DNA from: Candidatus Krumholzibacteriia bacterium
GTDB lineage: Bacteria; Krumholzibacteriota; Krumholzibacteriia; JAJRXK01
Reading direction: 5' to 3'
Length of the DNA stretch: 64,000 bases
Assembly: GCA_041484665.1 (NCBI GenBank)
Contig: JBGPIA010000002.1
Span: 32,001-96,000, forward strand
Shown here: piece by piece, positions 34,791-43,148 of the stretch
Layout of the letters: each line of letters starts with the position of its first letter
Position numbering within the stretch: position 1 is the first letter of the stretch
Notes under the pieces: model-generated
The model's database searches: none
Told to the model about the DNA's origin: nothing
The model's input: only the letters and a program-made list of their open reading frames with translations
Made by a program: the position numbers and the translations under genes

Positions 34791-36173
34791 GTGCTGGGAG
34801 CCAGCCTGTTCGAGATCATGGACGTGGGCATCAGCGGCATGTTCGCCAGCGGGTTGGCCACGGGTCTGCTCAACCACAACATCGCCAACGCCAACACGCC
34901 GGGGTACTCGCGGCAGCGCCTGCAGATCTCCGCCGCCCATCCGTTGCGCACGCTCGTGGGATCGCTGGGGCGCGGCGTCGAGATCACGGGCGTGAACCGC
35001 GTCACCGACGACTTCCTGCAACGCCAGCTCCTGGAGCAGACCTCGGCGCTGGGCACCTACTCTGCCATCAATGGCTCGCTCTCCTCGGTGGAGGAGATCA
35101 TGGGGTCGGTGCAGGACGACCGCATCGGCGGCGCGATGTCGGCCTTCTTCAACGCCTGGTCTGACCTCTCGACCCCGCCCGTGGACGCCGCCGCTAAACA
35201 GTCGGTGGTGAACGCGGCGGACGCGCTCGCGCTGCAGCTGCGTGAGGTCGATACCGGGCTCAAGCAGGTCATCCAGCAGACGCGCGACGCGGTGGCCGGG
35301 AAAGTCAACGACGTCAACCGCCTGCTCACCCAGGTCGGCGTCTTCAACCAGCGCATCCTCGAGCAGAGCTCCGCGGGCTCGCCCCCCAACGACCTGCTCG
35401 ACCAGCGCGACCAGGTCATCGCCGAACTCTCCCAGCAGATGCGCCTGCGGGTGCTCCCGCGCGGTGACGGCTCCGTCGACGTCGTGATGGAGGGCCGCAC
35501 CGTCGTGACGCGCGACCAGGTCACGCCACTACGGCTGGTCTCCACGATCGAGTCCAACGGGAGCACCACGCTCGGAGTGCGCGTCGGGAGCGCCGAGGGC
35601 CAGCCCGTGACCACCGTGCAAGGGGAGATCGCGGGCCTGCTGCGCGTGCACAACGATGGTCTGGCACGGATGCAGCAGGGGCTCGACGACCTGGCGCAGC
35701 GGCTGATCAGCGGCGTGAACGCACTGCAGCGCCAGGGCCGCGTGCCCGGCGGGGCAGGCGTGGACCTCTTCGAGGGCACGGGTGCGGGGGACATCGCGGT
35801 GCGCAAGGAGGTGGCCGACGACGCTTCCCTGATCGCCACCGGACGCAGCGGCGAGCCGGGAGACAACTCCATCGCCCTGGAAATCGCCCAGCTGGGCGAT
35901 GTGGCGGACGCTTCGGATGGCCTCTCCCTCCACGAGCGGTACAACAAGGTGTTGGTGGACCTGGCGTCGCAGCGCAGCACATTCTCGACGCTGGCGGACG
36001 CGCAACGCAACATCGTCCAGGGCGTCTCGAGCCGGCTGGAGAGCGTGCGTGGCGTGAGCATCGATGAGGAGACGGCCGACCTCATCCGCTTCCAGAAGTC
36101 CTTCGAGGCCAACGCGCGCGTGATCAGCGCCGTCAACGAGATGCTCGACACGATCATCAACCAGATGATCTGA
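34791..36173 (+). CDS. flgK: Hook-associated protein FlgK
   Basis: HNIANANTPGYSRQ, PNDLLDQRD, GVSIDEETADLIRFQKSF. Confidence 0.96.
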   Translation: MLGASLFEIMDVGISGMFASGLATGLLNHNIANANTPGYSRQRLQISAAHPLRTLVGSLGRGVEITGVNRVTDDFLQRQLLEQTSALGTYSAINGSLSSVEEIMGSVQDDRIGGAMSAFFNAWSDLSTPPVDAAAKQSVVNAADALALQLREVDTGLKQVIQQTRDAVAGKVNDVNRLLTQVGVFNQRILEQSSAGSPPNDLLDQRDQVIAELSQQMRLRVLPRGDGSVDVVMEGRTVVTRDQVTPLRLVSTIESNGSTTLGVRVGSAEGQPVTTVQGEIAGLLRVHNDGLARMQQGLDDLAQRLISGVNALQRQGRVPGGAGVDLFEGTGAGDIAVRKEVADDASLIATGRSGEPGDNSIALEIAQLGDVADASDGLSLHERYNKVLVDLASQRSTFSTLADAQRNIVQGVSSRLESVRGVSIDEETADLIRFQKSFEANARVISAVNEMLDTIINQMI

Positions 36174-36207
36174 CGGCGCCCCGCGGCGCAGGCAGGCGAG
36201 AGAACCG

Positions 36208-37734
36208 ATGCGGATCACGCAGTCCCAATTGGCGCAGCAGGCGGTCTTCGACATCGGCCAGGCGCTCAGCCGTCTGACCGAGTACCGGCTGCAGCTCTCC
36301 TCCCAGCGGCGGATCAACAGCTTCGCCGACGATCCGCGCGGCGTCGGTGCCGCGCAGCGCTACCGCATCCTCACCTCGAGCAACGACCAGTACCTGCGCA
36401 ACGCGTCCAGCGCGACGACCTTCCTCGATGCCACGGACAGCGCCCTGCAGCAGATGGCCGACGCCGTCAGTGGTCTGCGCGAGCTGGTGCTGCGCCAGAC
36501 GGGACCGGTGGCCAACGATCAGACGCGCTCGGCGGCCGCCGGAGAGGCGGCGCAGCTGCGCGACCAGGTGCTGGCGATCGTCAACCAGACCGTCGAGGGC
36601 GGCTACCTGTTCGGCGGCTTCCGCACCCGCAACGCACCATTCGTGCTGCAGGGCGGTCAGGTGACCTACGCCGGGGACGACGGCGTCCAGATGGTCCAGA
36701 TCGGACCGACGCTGCGCGTGATGGCAAACCTGCCGGGCAGCGCGCTGCTGGGCAGCGACCACGCGGCGCTGTCGGGCAGCGTCGACCTGCGGCCGCGGCT
36801 GGCCGGCACGACGCTCCTGACTTCGATGGGCGGCGGTGCGGGGTTCTCCGGAGGCTCCCTCCACGTTACCGACGGCCTGGGCGCTGGCGCCGACATCAAC
36901 TTGAGCGGAGCGGCCACGGTGCAGGACGTGCTGGACGCCTTCAACGGCTCCGGCCTGGCCGTGACGGCCCGCATCTCCGACGATGAGACCGGGATTACGC
37001 TGGAGGGCAGCGGGTCGCTCACGGTGGCCGAGGTGGCGGGAGGCAGCGCTGCCCAGCAACTGGGGCTGCTGGGCACCACATCCAGCGGAGCGCTGGTCGG
37101 GCGCGACGTCCGCGCCGCGCTCACGCTGGCCACCCCCTGGGCGCAGATGCGGGCGCTGGACGGCAAGTCGCTCGGGACGCTGCGCATCATCATCGGTGGC
37201 GTCGCAACCGACGTCGATCTGAGCGCAGCGGCCAACCTGGGCGATGCGCGCAACGCCATCCGGGCGCTGAATCCCGACATGGACCTGCAGATCGACCGCG
37301 GCGCGGTGCGCCTGGTCTACGCCCAGGCCAAACCGTTCCAGGTGTCCAGCCCCAGCGGCGACACCACGGCGGATGCCCTGGGCGTGGTGGGCAACGCGAC
37401 CCCCACGCGCCTGTTCGGAGCGTTCGCGGACGTGATCGCCGCGCTGCAATCCGGCGACGTGTCCGCTCTCCGGCAGACGCTCGCCGAGATCGAGGACGTG
37501 CACGCCGGGTTGTTGCGTCAGGATGTGTCGATCGGCGCGCATCAGAACCTCGTGGCGAACGCCGGCCAGCTGCTGCGCGCCCGCAACGAGTCGCTGCAGC
37601 TGCGCCGCAGCTCCATTGAGGACGCCGATCTGGTGGACGCTGCCACGAATGCGTCGTTCGCGGAGGCCGCCTATCAAGCGGCGCTGGCCGCCAGCTCGCG
37701 CATCTTCAACCTGTCCCTGGCCAGCTACCTCTAG
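36208..37734 (+). CDS. flgL: Hook-filament junction protein FlgL with large internal insertion
   Basis: MRITQ, RINSFADDP, GGYLFGG, SIEDADL, AYQAALAA..SLASYL. Confidence 0.92.
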   Translation: MRITQSQLAQQAVFDIGQALSRLTEYRLQLSSQRRINSFADDPRGVGAAQRYRILTSSNDQYLRNASSATTFLDATDSALQQMADAVSGLRELVLRQTGPVANDQTRSAAAGEAAQLRDQVLAIVNQTVEGGYLFGGFRTRNAPFVLQGGQVTYAGDDGVQMVQIGPTLRVMANLPGSALLGSDHAALSGSVDLRPRLAGTTLLTSMGGGAGFSGGSLHVTDGLGAGADINLSGAATVQDVLDAFNGSGLAVTARISDDETGITLEGSGSLTVAEVAGGSAAQQLGLLGTTSSGALVGRDVRAALTLATPWAQMRALDGKSLGTLRIIIGGVATDVDLSAAANLGDARNAIRALNPDMDLQIDRGAVRLVYAQAKPFQVSSPSGDTTADALGVVGNATPTRLFGAFADVIAALQSGDVSALRQTLAEIEDVHAGLLRQDVSIGAHQNLVANAGQLLRARNESLQLRRSSIEDADLVDAATNASFAEAAYQAALAASSRIFNLSLASYL

Positions 37735-37761
37735 GCGGCGCTTCTAGAGCGAAAGGACGCC

Positions 37762-38250
37762 ATGCGCATCGAGACGCTGCGCTTTGGAACACTGGAGATC
37801 GATCCGGCTGTGCTGATCACGCTGCCGTCGGGCCTGATCGGCTTGCCGCAGCGCAAGCGCTTCGTGGTGCTCGAGCTGGAGGGTGGCGCGCCGCTTGGCT
37901 GGCTGCAGTGCGTCGACGACCCGTCGTTCGGCGTGCCGGTGGCCGATCCCGGGGTCTTCCGTGCCGACTACCGCATCGCAGTCGCGGCGGAGGAGGTCGC
38001 CGAGATCACACTCGACACCGTCGAGGACGCCGCGATCCTGATCGTGACGACCATCGCGCCCGGTGGCACGCAGGTCACGGGCAACCTGCGCGCGCCCATC
38101 CTGATCAACGCGCACAAGCGCCTCGGGCGCCAGGTGGTGCTCGACCGCCCCGACCTGGAGTTCCGCGTGCCCGTGGACCCGGTGCTGTTCGCCGCCGCCA
38201 GCGGCCGGTTCGAGCCGAGCCTCGCCGCCGCGCCGGCCGCCGCACGCTAG
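37762..38250 (+). CDS. fliW: Flagellar assembly factor FliW
   Basis: IETLRFG, GLIGLP, WLQCVDDP, TGNLRAPILIN..GRQVVL. Confidence 0.93.
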   Translation: MRIETLRFGTLEIDPAVLITLPSGLIGLPQRKRFVVLELEGGAPLGWLQCVDDPSFGVPVADPGVFRADYRIAVAAEEVAEITLDTVEDAAILIVTTIAPGGTQVTGNLRAPILINAHKRLGRQVVLDRPDLEFRVPVDPVLFAAASGRFEPSLAAAPAAAR

Positions 38251-38286
38251 CCCCAGCCCCCGCGCACCCGCGACAGGGAGGTCGTG

Positions 38287-38565
38287 GTGCTCGTCCTGAG
38301 TCGCAAGCGCAACGAGAAGATCATGATCGGCGACTCGATCACGATCGTCGTGCTCGACGTCCACGGCGACCAGGTGCAACTGGGAATCGACGCGCCGCGG
38401 GAGATCCCTGTCCACCGCTACGAGATCTACCAGACGATCCGCCGCGTCACGGAGGAGGCGGCGCGCTCGGCGCGGGAGGATCTGGAGCGGCTCAAGCCGA
38501 AGGGACCCGACACGCCCGCCGCGCCACCGTCTTTGGCCGACGACTCCGCGCCGGGGGAGCGCTAG
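38287..38565 (+). CDS. csrA: Carbon storage regulator CsrA, long (FliW-binding) type
   Basis: [32 protein letters not shown] plus a C-terminal helix extension. Confidence 0.95.
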   Translation: MLVLSRKRNEKIMIGDSITIVVLDVHGDQVQLGIDAPREIPVHRYEIYQTIRRVTEEAARSAREDLERLKPKGPDTPAAPPSLADDSAPGER

Positions 38566-38912
38566 ACGCGCTGATCGAGCAGCTCGGGCGAGCTGTGGGC
38601 TTCGCGCCAGGGATTGCCGCGGCGTGCCCGCAGCGCGCCCAGCGCGGCGACGATCTCCGCCTTGCCCACCACCAGCATCCCCAGCAGCTCATTCTCCAGC
38701 GCGCGCAAGGAGGCTCCCAGCGCGGCGTCCGCGGGATCCGGTGCCGCGCCCGACGCGCGGGCGCCCTCCGCAGCGGCCAAGAGCGCGCCACGGGCCTCCA
38801 AGAGCGTCGCGCAGGCCGGCAGATCGCCCGCCCGCGCACAGTCCAGCATCCGCTGGGTGAGCTCGACGGCTCGCCGCACTGGCGCGTGCGGGCTGCCGGG
38901 GTGCGCGCTCAT
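38562..38912 (-). CDS. FliT-like helical chaperone
   Basis: [22 protein letters not shown]. Follows fliS with an ATGA overlap. Confidence 0.6.
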   Translation of the reverse strand: MSAHPGSPHAPVRRAVELTQRMLDCARAGDLPACATLLEARGALLAAAEGARASGAAPDPADAALGASLRALENELLGMLVVGKAEIVAALGALRARRGNPWREAHSSPELLDQRV

Positions 38913-39355
38913 GCGCGCAGCGACAGCCCCGCGTGCTCGGCGATGGAGGCCGGCGCCGCGGCGGGCAGGGGCGGGGGTGCTTGCTCGAGGCAGTCGATCG
39001 CCTTGCGCCAGCCCGCCAGCAGGGTGCTCAGGACCTCAATTGCGGCGCGCAGCGGTTTCGCATCGTTGCCTACGTTGGCCAGGGCGAGCTGGCGATCGAC
39101 GAAGTCATAGAGGGCGGCCAGGCGCTCCGCGAGCTCGCCGCCCACCTCGTGGTCGAGGGCGTTGCGCAGCTCGTGGACGATGCGGCTCGCGCGGTTGATC
39201 ATCATGCCGCGCTGCGGGATGTCGCCCTGGGCGATGGCCTGCGCGGCGTGCTCGGCGAAGCGGATGGCCCCCTCGTAGAGCAGCACGATCAGTCGCTGTT
39301 GGGACTGCGTCTCCACGTTGGTCTCGTGGTAGATCGCGACGTGGTTCGCGTACAT
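38909..39355 (-). CDS. fliS: Flagellin chaperone FliS
   Basis: LIVLLYEGAIRF, LRNALDHEVGGELAERLAALYDF, LLAGW. Confidence 0.95.
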   Translation of the reverse strand: MYANHVAIYHETNVETQSQQRLIVLLYEGAIRFAEHAAQAIAQGDIPQRGMMINRASRIVHELRNALDHEVGGELAERLAALYDFVDRQLALANVGNDAKPLRAAIEVLSTLLAGWRKAIDCLEQAPPPLPAAAPASIAEHAGLSLRA

Positions 39356-39421
39356 CGACCCGTCCTTCTGCCGGCATCGTCCCCGCGAGCGGACGCGCCG
39401 ATCGCTTCCGACTCGCGCCGC

Positions 39422-40750
39422 CTAGCCGGTGGTCGACCTGGAGCTCAGGAAGCTGCTCTGGGCCTGCAGCCCGCTGATGATGCTCTCCATCGCGGCGAAC
39501 TTGCGCCTGAGGTACTCCTCGTAGTCGCTGGCGCTCTGCTCCTGCCGATTGATCGTCTGATCGAGCTGCTTGATCCGCTCGTTCATGGAGTCGGTGCTGT
39601 TCTTGAACAGGCCGCTCGCGAGATCGGTGATGCTGCCGATGGCCGTATCCATCTGGGCCGCCATGCCCGAGACGCCGCCCTCGGACACGAACAGCCGGAC
39701 GGCGCTCTCGAAGTCCTTGCCGAGCGCGTCGTCTAGCTTTTGGCTGTCGATCTTGAGGGTGCCATCGTTCTCGAGCTTGAGGCCCACGTCGCCCACGATG
39801 CGGAAGTCCCCACCGGTTGCGACGACGCCGATCGTGATGCCACCCAGCGTGTTTTGCACCGTGCGCAGCAGCGAGTCGCCCTGCAACGTGCTGCCCTTCG
39901 CCGACTGGTCGTTGATCAGCTTGACCACATCGTTGTAGGCGCTGACGAAGTCCTGCAGCTTGGTCTTGAGCGCGGCATCGTTGCGGCCAACGCCGAGGAT
40001 CACCGGTTCGGTATCCAGCGTGTCCTTCTTGAGCGTGAGGGTCACGCCATCGATCGCTCCGGCGATGGTGTTGGATGCGCTGGTGACGGTGATGCCATCG
40101 ATGTCGAGCTCCGCGTCGGCCGCGCTCACGGTTTCGCTGAAGGCGGGGACCGTTCCACCGCTCAGGCCGCTGGCATCGAAGGTGATGGCGTTGGCCTGCC
40201 CCGTCTGCTTGCCCGTGACCACGAGACGGTAGGGGTTGGTGCCGCCCACATTGATGATCGAGGCCGTCACCGCGGCGCCGCTCTGGTTGAGCTTGTCGCG
40301 CAGATCGGTCAGGGCGCTGGCGCCCAAGTCGAGGGTGACGGTGGTGGTGGTGCCGTCGATGGTCAGCTTGAAGGTGCCGGCGCCGACGCTGTTACTGACG
40401 GCCGCGAAGCCCTGGCTGATGCTACGCTCGGCCGTGGCCAGCTGCACGACGTCGATCTCGTAGCTGCTCATGGCAGCGCCGGTGGTGGCCGTGGCCGTGA
40501 GCGATGTCTCGTCACTGCTCGAGGCGGTGGTGCTCACGAACTCGGCGCGCGTATCCAGCGCCTTGGCCTTGTCGCGCAGCGCCAGCAGCTTGCTCTTGAG
40601 GCTGTCGAGGATGGTCTGGCGCTTGCCCAGTTGGGTCTTGGTGTTCTGGAGGGTCGTGATGGGCTGGCGGCGCAGCTCCATCAGCTTCGTGATGATCAGA
40701 TTGGTGTCCAGGCCGCTGGCCAGGCCGCCGAATGTGACGGGCGAGGGCAC
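39422..40750 (-). CDS. fliD: Filament cap protein FliD
   Basis: GGLASGLDTN, VVQLATA, SASNTI..GVTLTL, FVSAYND, LQGDSLLR, KFAAME. Confidence 0.96.
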   Translation of the reverse strand: MPSPVTFGGLASGLDTNLIITKLMELRRQPITTLQNTKTQLGKRQTILDSLKSKLLALRDKAKALDTRAEFVSTTASSSDETSLTATATTGAAMSSYEIDVVQLATAERSISQGFAAVSNSVGAGTFKLTIDGTTTTVTLDLGASALTDLRDKLNQSGAAVTASIINVGGTNPYRLVVTGKQTGQANAITFDASGLSGGTVPAFSETVSAADAELDIDGITVTSASNTIAGAIDGVTLTLKKDTLDTEPVILGVGRNDAALKTKLQDFVSAYNDVVKLINDQSAKGSTLQGDSLLRTVQNTLGGITIGVVATGGDFRIVGDVGLKLENDGTLKIDSQKLDDALGKDFESAVRLFVSEGGVSGMAAQMDTAIGSITDLASGLFKNSTDSMNERIKQLDQTINRQEQSASDYEEYLRRKFAAMESIISGLQAQSSFLSSRSTTG

Positions 40751-40812
40751 GGTGATTCCTCCTGGGCTCTAAGCCGGCGTGCGCGCTCTACCTAGGCGCC
40801 GCTGCGCCCTGT

Positions 40813-41145
40813 TCAGCTCTTGCCATCGAACAGCAGACCGCGCAGCGATTCCAGCTGGGCCGCCACATCCAGGAGCGCCTGGGGCGGGATCTGCTCGATC
40901 ACCTGGTCGGTCGTGCCGTCGATGATCTCGAACACGTAGCGCGCGGCGCTTTCGTCGTAATGGACCCGCACGCCCTTGCCTTCCGAACGTGGCCGTTCGT
41001 CCTGGGCACGCTGCTCCGCCACCGACGGCGCGGGGGTGGCGGCGGGTCCCTCCGCTGCGGACGCGCCGTGGGCTTGGGGGCCGATGGTCGGGTGGGGGGC
41101 CGCCACCTGACCGCTGAGGCGGGGCATGACGCTGAGGCTGTTCAT
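40813..41145 (-). CDS. flaG: FlaG protein
   Basis: IIDGTTDQVIEQIPPQALL..GLLFDGKS. Lies between fliC and fliD. Confidence 0.85.
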   Translation of the reverse strand: MNSLSVMPRLSGQVAAPHPTIGPQAHGASAAEGPAATPAPSVAEQRAQDERPRSEGKGVRVHYDESAARYVFEIIDGTTDQVIEQIPPQALLDVAAQLESLRGLLFDGKS

Positions 41146-41169
41146 CTCGTCCCTCCTGGCCGAAGGCGG

Positions 41170-41195
41170 CCCCCGGGCCCTGGCGGGCCCGGGGG
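41170..41195 (-). terminator. Perfect 11-bp hairpin after flagellin (attenuator or mRNA stabiliser)
   Basis: CCCCCGGGCCC-tggc-GGGCCCGGGGG. No U tract. Confidence 0.5.
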
Positions 41196-41217
41196 GAGTC
41201 GGACCGCAGCCAACGTG

Positions 41218-42060
41218 TTAGCGCAGCAGAGCCAGGGCAGCCTGGGGAACCAGGTTGGCCTGGGCCAGCACGGAGATGCCCGCCTGGTTCAGCACCTGCA
41301 GCGACGTCATCTTGGCGGCCTCCTCGGCCACATCCACGTCACGGATCCGCGAGTTGGCGGCCGTGAGGTTCTCCACCGAGATCCCGAGGTTGCGCACCGT
41401 CGACTCCAGACGGTTCTGGACGGCACCGAACGAGGCGCGGGTCCTGGAGATGCTGGTCAGCGCGGTCTCGATCTTGGCGATGGCAGCCAGCGCGTTGGTG
41501 GCGTTGCTGCCCGTCAGGCTGACCGTCGTCCCCGGGGTCAGGCCCAGGGCCGAGGCGCTGATCGTGGTCGTGAAGGCGACCGAGATGCGGTCGTTGCTCG
41601 TGTTGCCGGTGCCGACCTGCAGGTCGATCGTCCCGCCCTGGCCGTCCAGCAGCTTGGCGCCGTTGAAATCGGCGGTGGCGCCGATCCGCGTCACTTCAGC
41701 CAGCAGCGCCTGGAACTCGTCGTCGAGGAAGCCGCGCTCCGCCGATCCGACCGTTCCGTTCGCCGCCTGCTCCGAGAGCTCGCGCAGGCGGATCATCATG
41801 CTGCTGACTTCGTTCAGGCTGCCTTCTGCAGTCTGGACCATCGAGATGCCGTCGTTCGCGTTGCGGGACGCCTGCTGGAGGGCCCGGACATCGCTGCGCA
41901 GGCTCTCGCTGATCGCCAGCCCAGCGGCGTCGTCACCCGCGCGATTGATGCGCAGGCCGCTGCTGAGCTTCTCCAGCGACTTGCCCAACATCACGCCCGT
42001 GTTGTACAGGTTGCGCTGCGCGTTGATGGAGGCAACGTTGGTGTTTACCCGCAGTCCCAT
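41218..42060 (-). CDS. fliC: Flagellin (280 aa, D0/D1 only)
   Basis: MGLRVNTN, LSSGLRINRAGDDAAGLAISE, QTAEG, GAVQNRLES, SRIRDVDVAEE, VLAQAN. AAGGAGGA RBS. Confidence 0.98.
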   Translation of the reverse strand: MGLRVNTNVASINAQRNLYNTGVMLGKSLEKLSSGLRINRAGDDAAGLAISESLRSDVRALQQASRNANDGISMVQTAEGSLNEVSSMMIRLRELSEQAANGTVGSAERGFLDDEFQALLAEVTRIGATADFNGAKLLDGQGGTIDLQVGTGNTSNDRISVAFTTTISASALGLTPGTTVSLTGSNATNALAAIAKIETALTSISRTRASFGAVQNRLESTVRNLGISVENLTAANSRIRDVDVAEEAAKMTSLQVLNQAGISVLAQANLVPQAALALLR

Positions 42061-42166
42061 GTCTTCCTCCTTGAAGGTGGGCGAGGGTCCGATTCCGAAC
42101 TTCGCTCGCAGGGGGCGCTGCCGGTCCGTGGCGTCTCCCCCCGGGGCGGTCGTCGTTGTGCCCGGG

Positions 42167-42193
42167 ATATCGGCCGGGGGCGGTCGGACTTGA
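42167..42193 (-). promoter_or_regulatory. sigma28 (FliA) promoter of fliC
   Basis: TCAAG-N14-GCCGATAT on the minus strand. Confidence 0.85.
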
Positions 42194-42239
42194 GCCACAG
42201 TTTCGGCGCGGCACGGGCCTTGAGAGGGCCTTCCCCGGC

Positions 42240-43148
42240 ATGTCCGTCGCCGCCGTCACCCTCGCGCTGCGTCGCGCCCAGGCGCGGGACTACGAGGCCG
42301 TTCTGGCCCTCGTGGACGCCGCGTTCGGGGTAGCGCCCAAGGCATCCCTGCGGCAGACGTTTCCCACCGCGCTAGGAAGATCCAACCTCTCCGGCCTGTT
42401 CGTGGGCGAGCACGAAGGCCAGCTGGTGTGCGCCGGCGCGGCGCTGGTGCGCGACTGGGTCACCTCCGCGGGGGTGCTGCGGACGGCCTGCTTGGGCTGT
42501 TTCGCGACGGCACCCGCGCACCGCGGGCGCGGGCACAGCTCCCGCCTGCAGGAGTGGATGCTGCAACAGATGAAGGACGACGGGGCCGACTGGGCCGTGC
42601 TCTTCACCGACCGTCCCTGGATCTACCGCGGGCGCGGCTTCGCGCCGGCCGGGCACGAGCGGCTGGGGTGGCTGGAGCCAGCCGTCTGGCCTGCGCTGCC
42701 GGCCGGTGCCCACCTGCGCCAGGCCGAAGCGGCGGACGCCGCGGCCATCCTGCATCTCTACGCGGAGCATCCCTACCGCGCGGCGCGCAGCGAGGGCGAC
42801 CTGGCGGTCCACCTCGATCCGGCCGTCAGCCGCGTGCTGGTGCTGGAGGAAGCCGGCACCGTCGCCGCCTACGTGGCCATCGGCAAGGGCGTTGACTTTC
42901 CCGCCACCGTGCACGAATACGGCGGCAGCCCGTCGCACGTGCACGCCTTGTGGGGCTGGGCGGTGCGCGCGGAAGGAGCGCGGGCGGTGCTGTTGCCGCA
43001 AGGCACAGAGCGTTACCTCACGGGTCCCGCGGCAGGCATGCCCGGCCGTCCGCAGTCGGCGGCGCAGGCTCGCGTCCTGCGCCCACAGCGAGTGCGCGGG
43101 GGTCTCGATCGGCTGCAATGGGCAGCCTGGGGGTTCGACTCGGCATGA
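42240..43148 (+). CDS. GNAT acetyltransferase (two-domain, Eis-like)
   Basis: FATAPAHRGRGHS acetyl-CoA motif, IYRGRGF, second LRQAEAAD domain. Confidence 0.8.
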   Translation: MSVAAVTLALRRAQARDYEAVLALVDAAFGVAPKASLRQTFPTALGRSNLSGLFVGEHEGQLVCAGAALVRDWVTSAGVLRTACLGCFATAPAHRGRGHSSRLQEWMLQQMKDDGADWAVLFTDRPWIYRGRGFAPAGHERLGWLEPAVWPALPAGAHLRQAEAADAAAILHLYAEHPYRAARSEGDLAVHLDPAVSRVLVLEEAGTVAAYVAIGKGVDFPATVHEYGGSPSHVHALWGWAVRAEGARAVLLPQGTERYLTGPAAGMPGRPQSAAQARVLRPQRVRGGLDRLQWAAWGFDSA

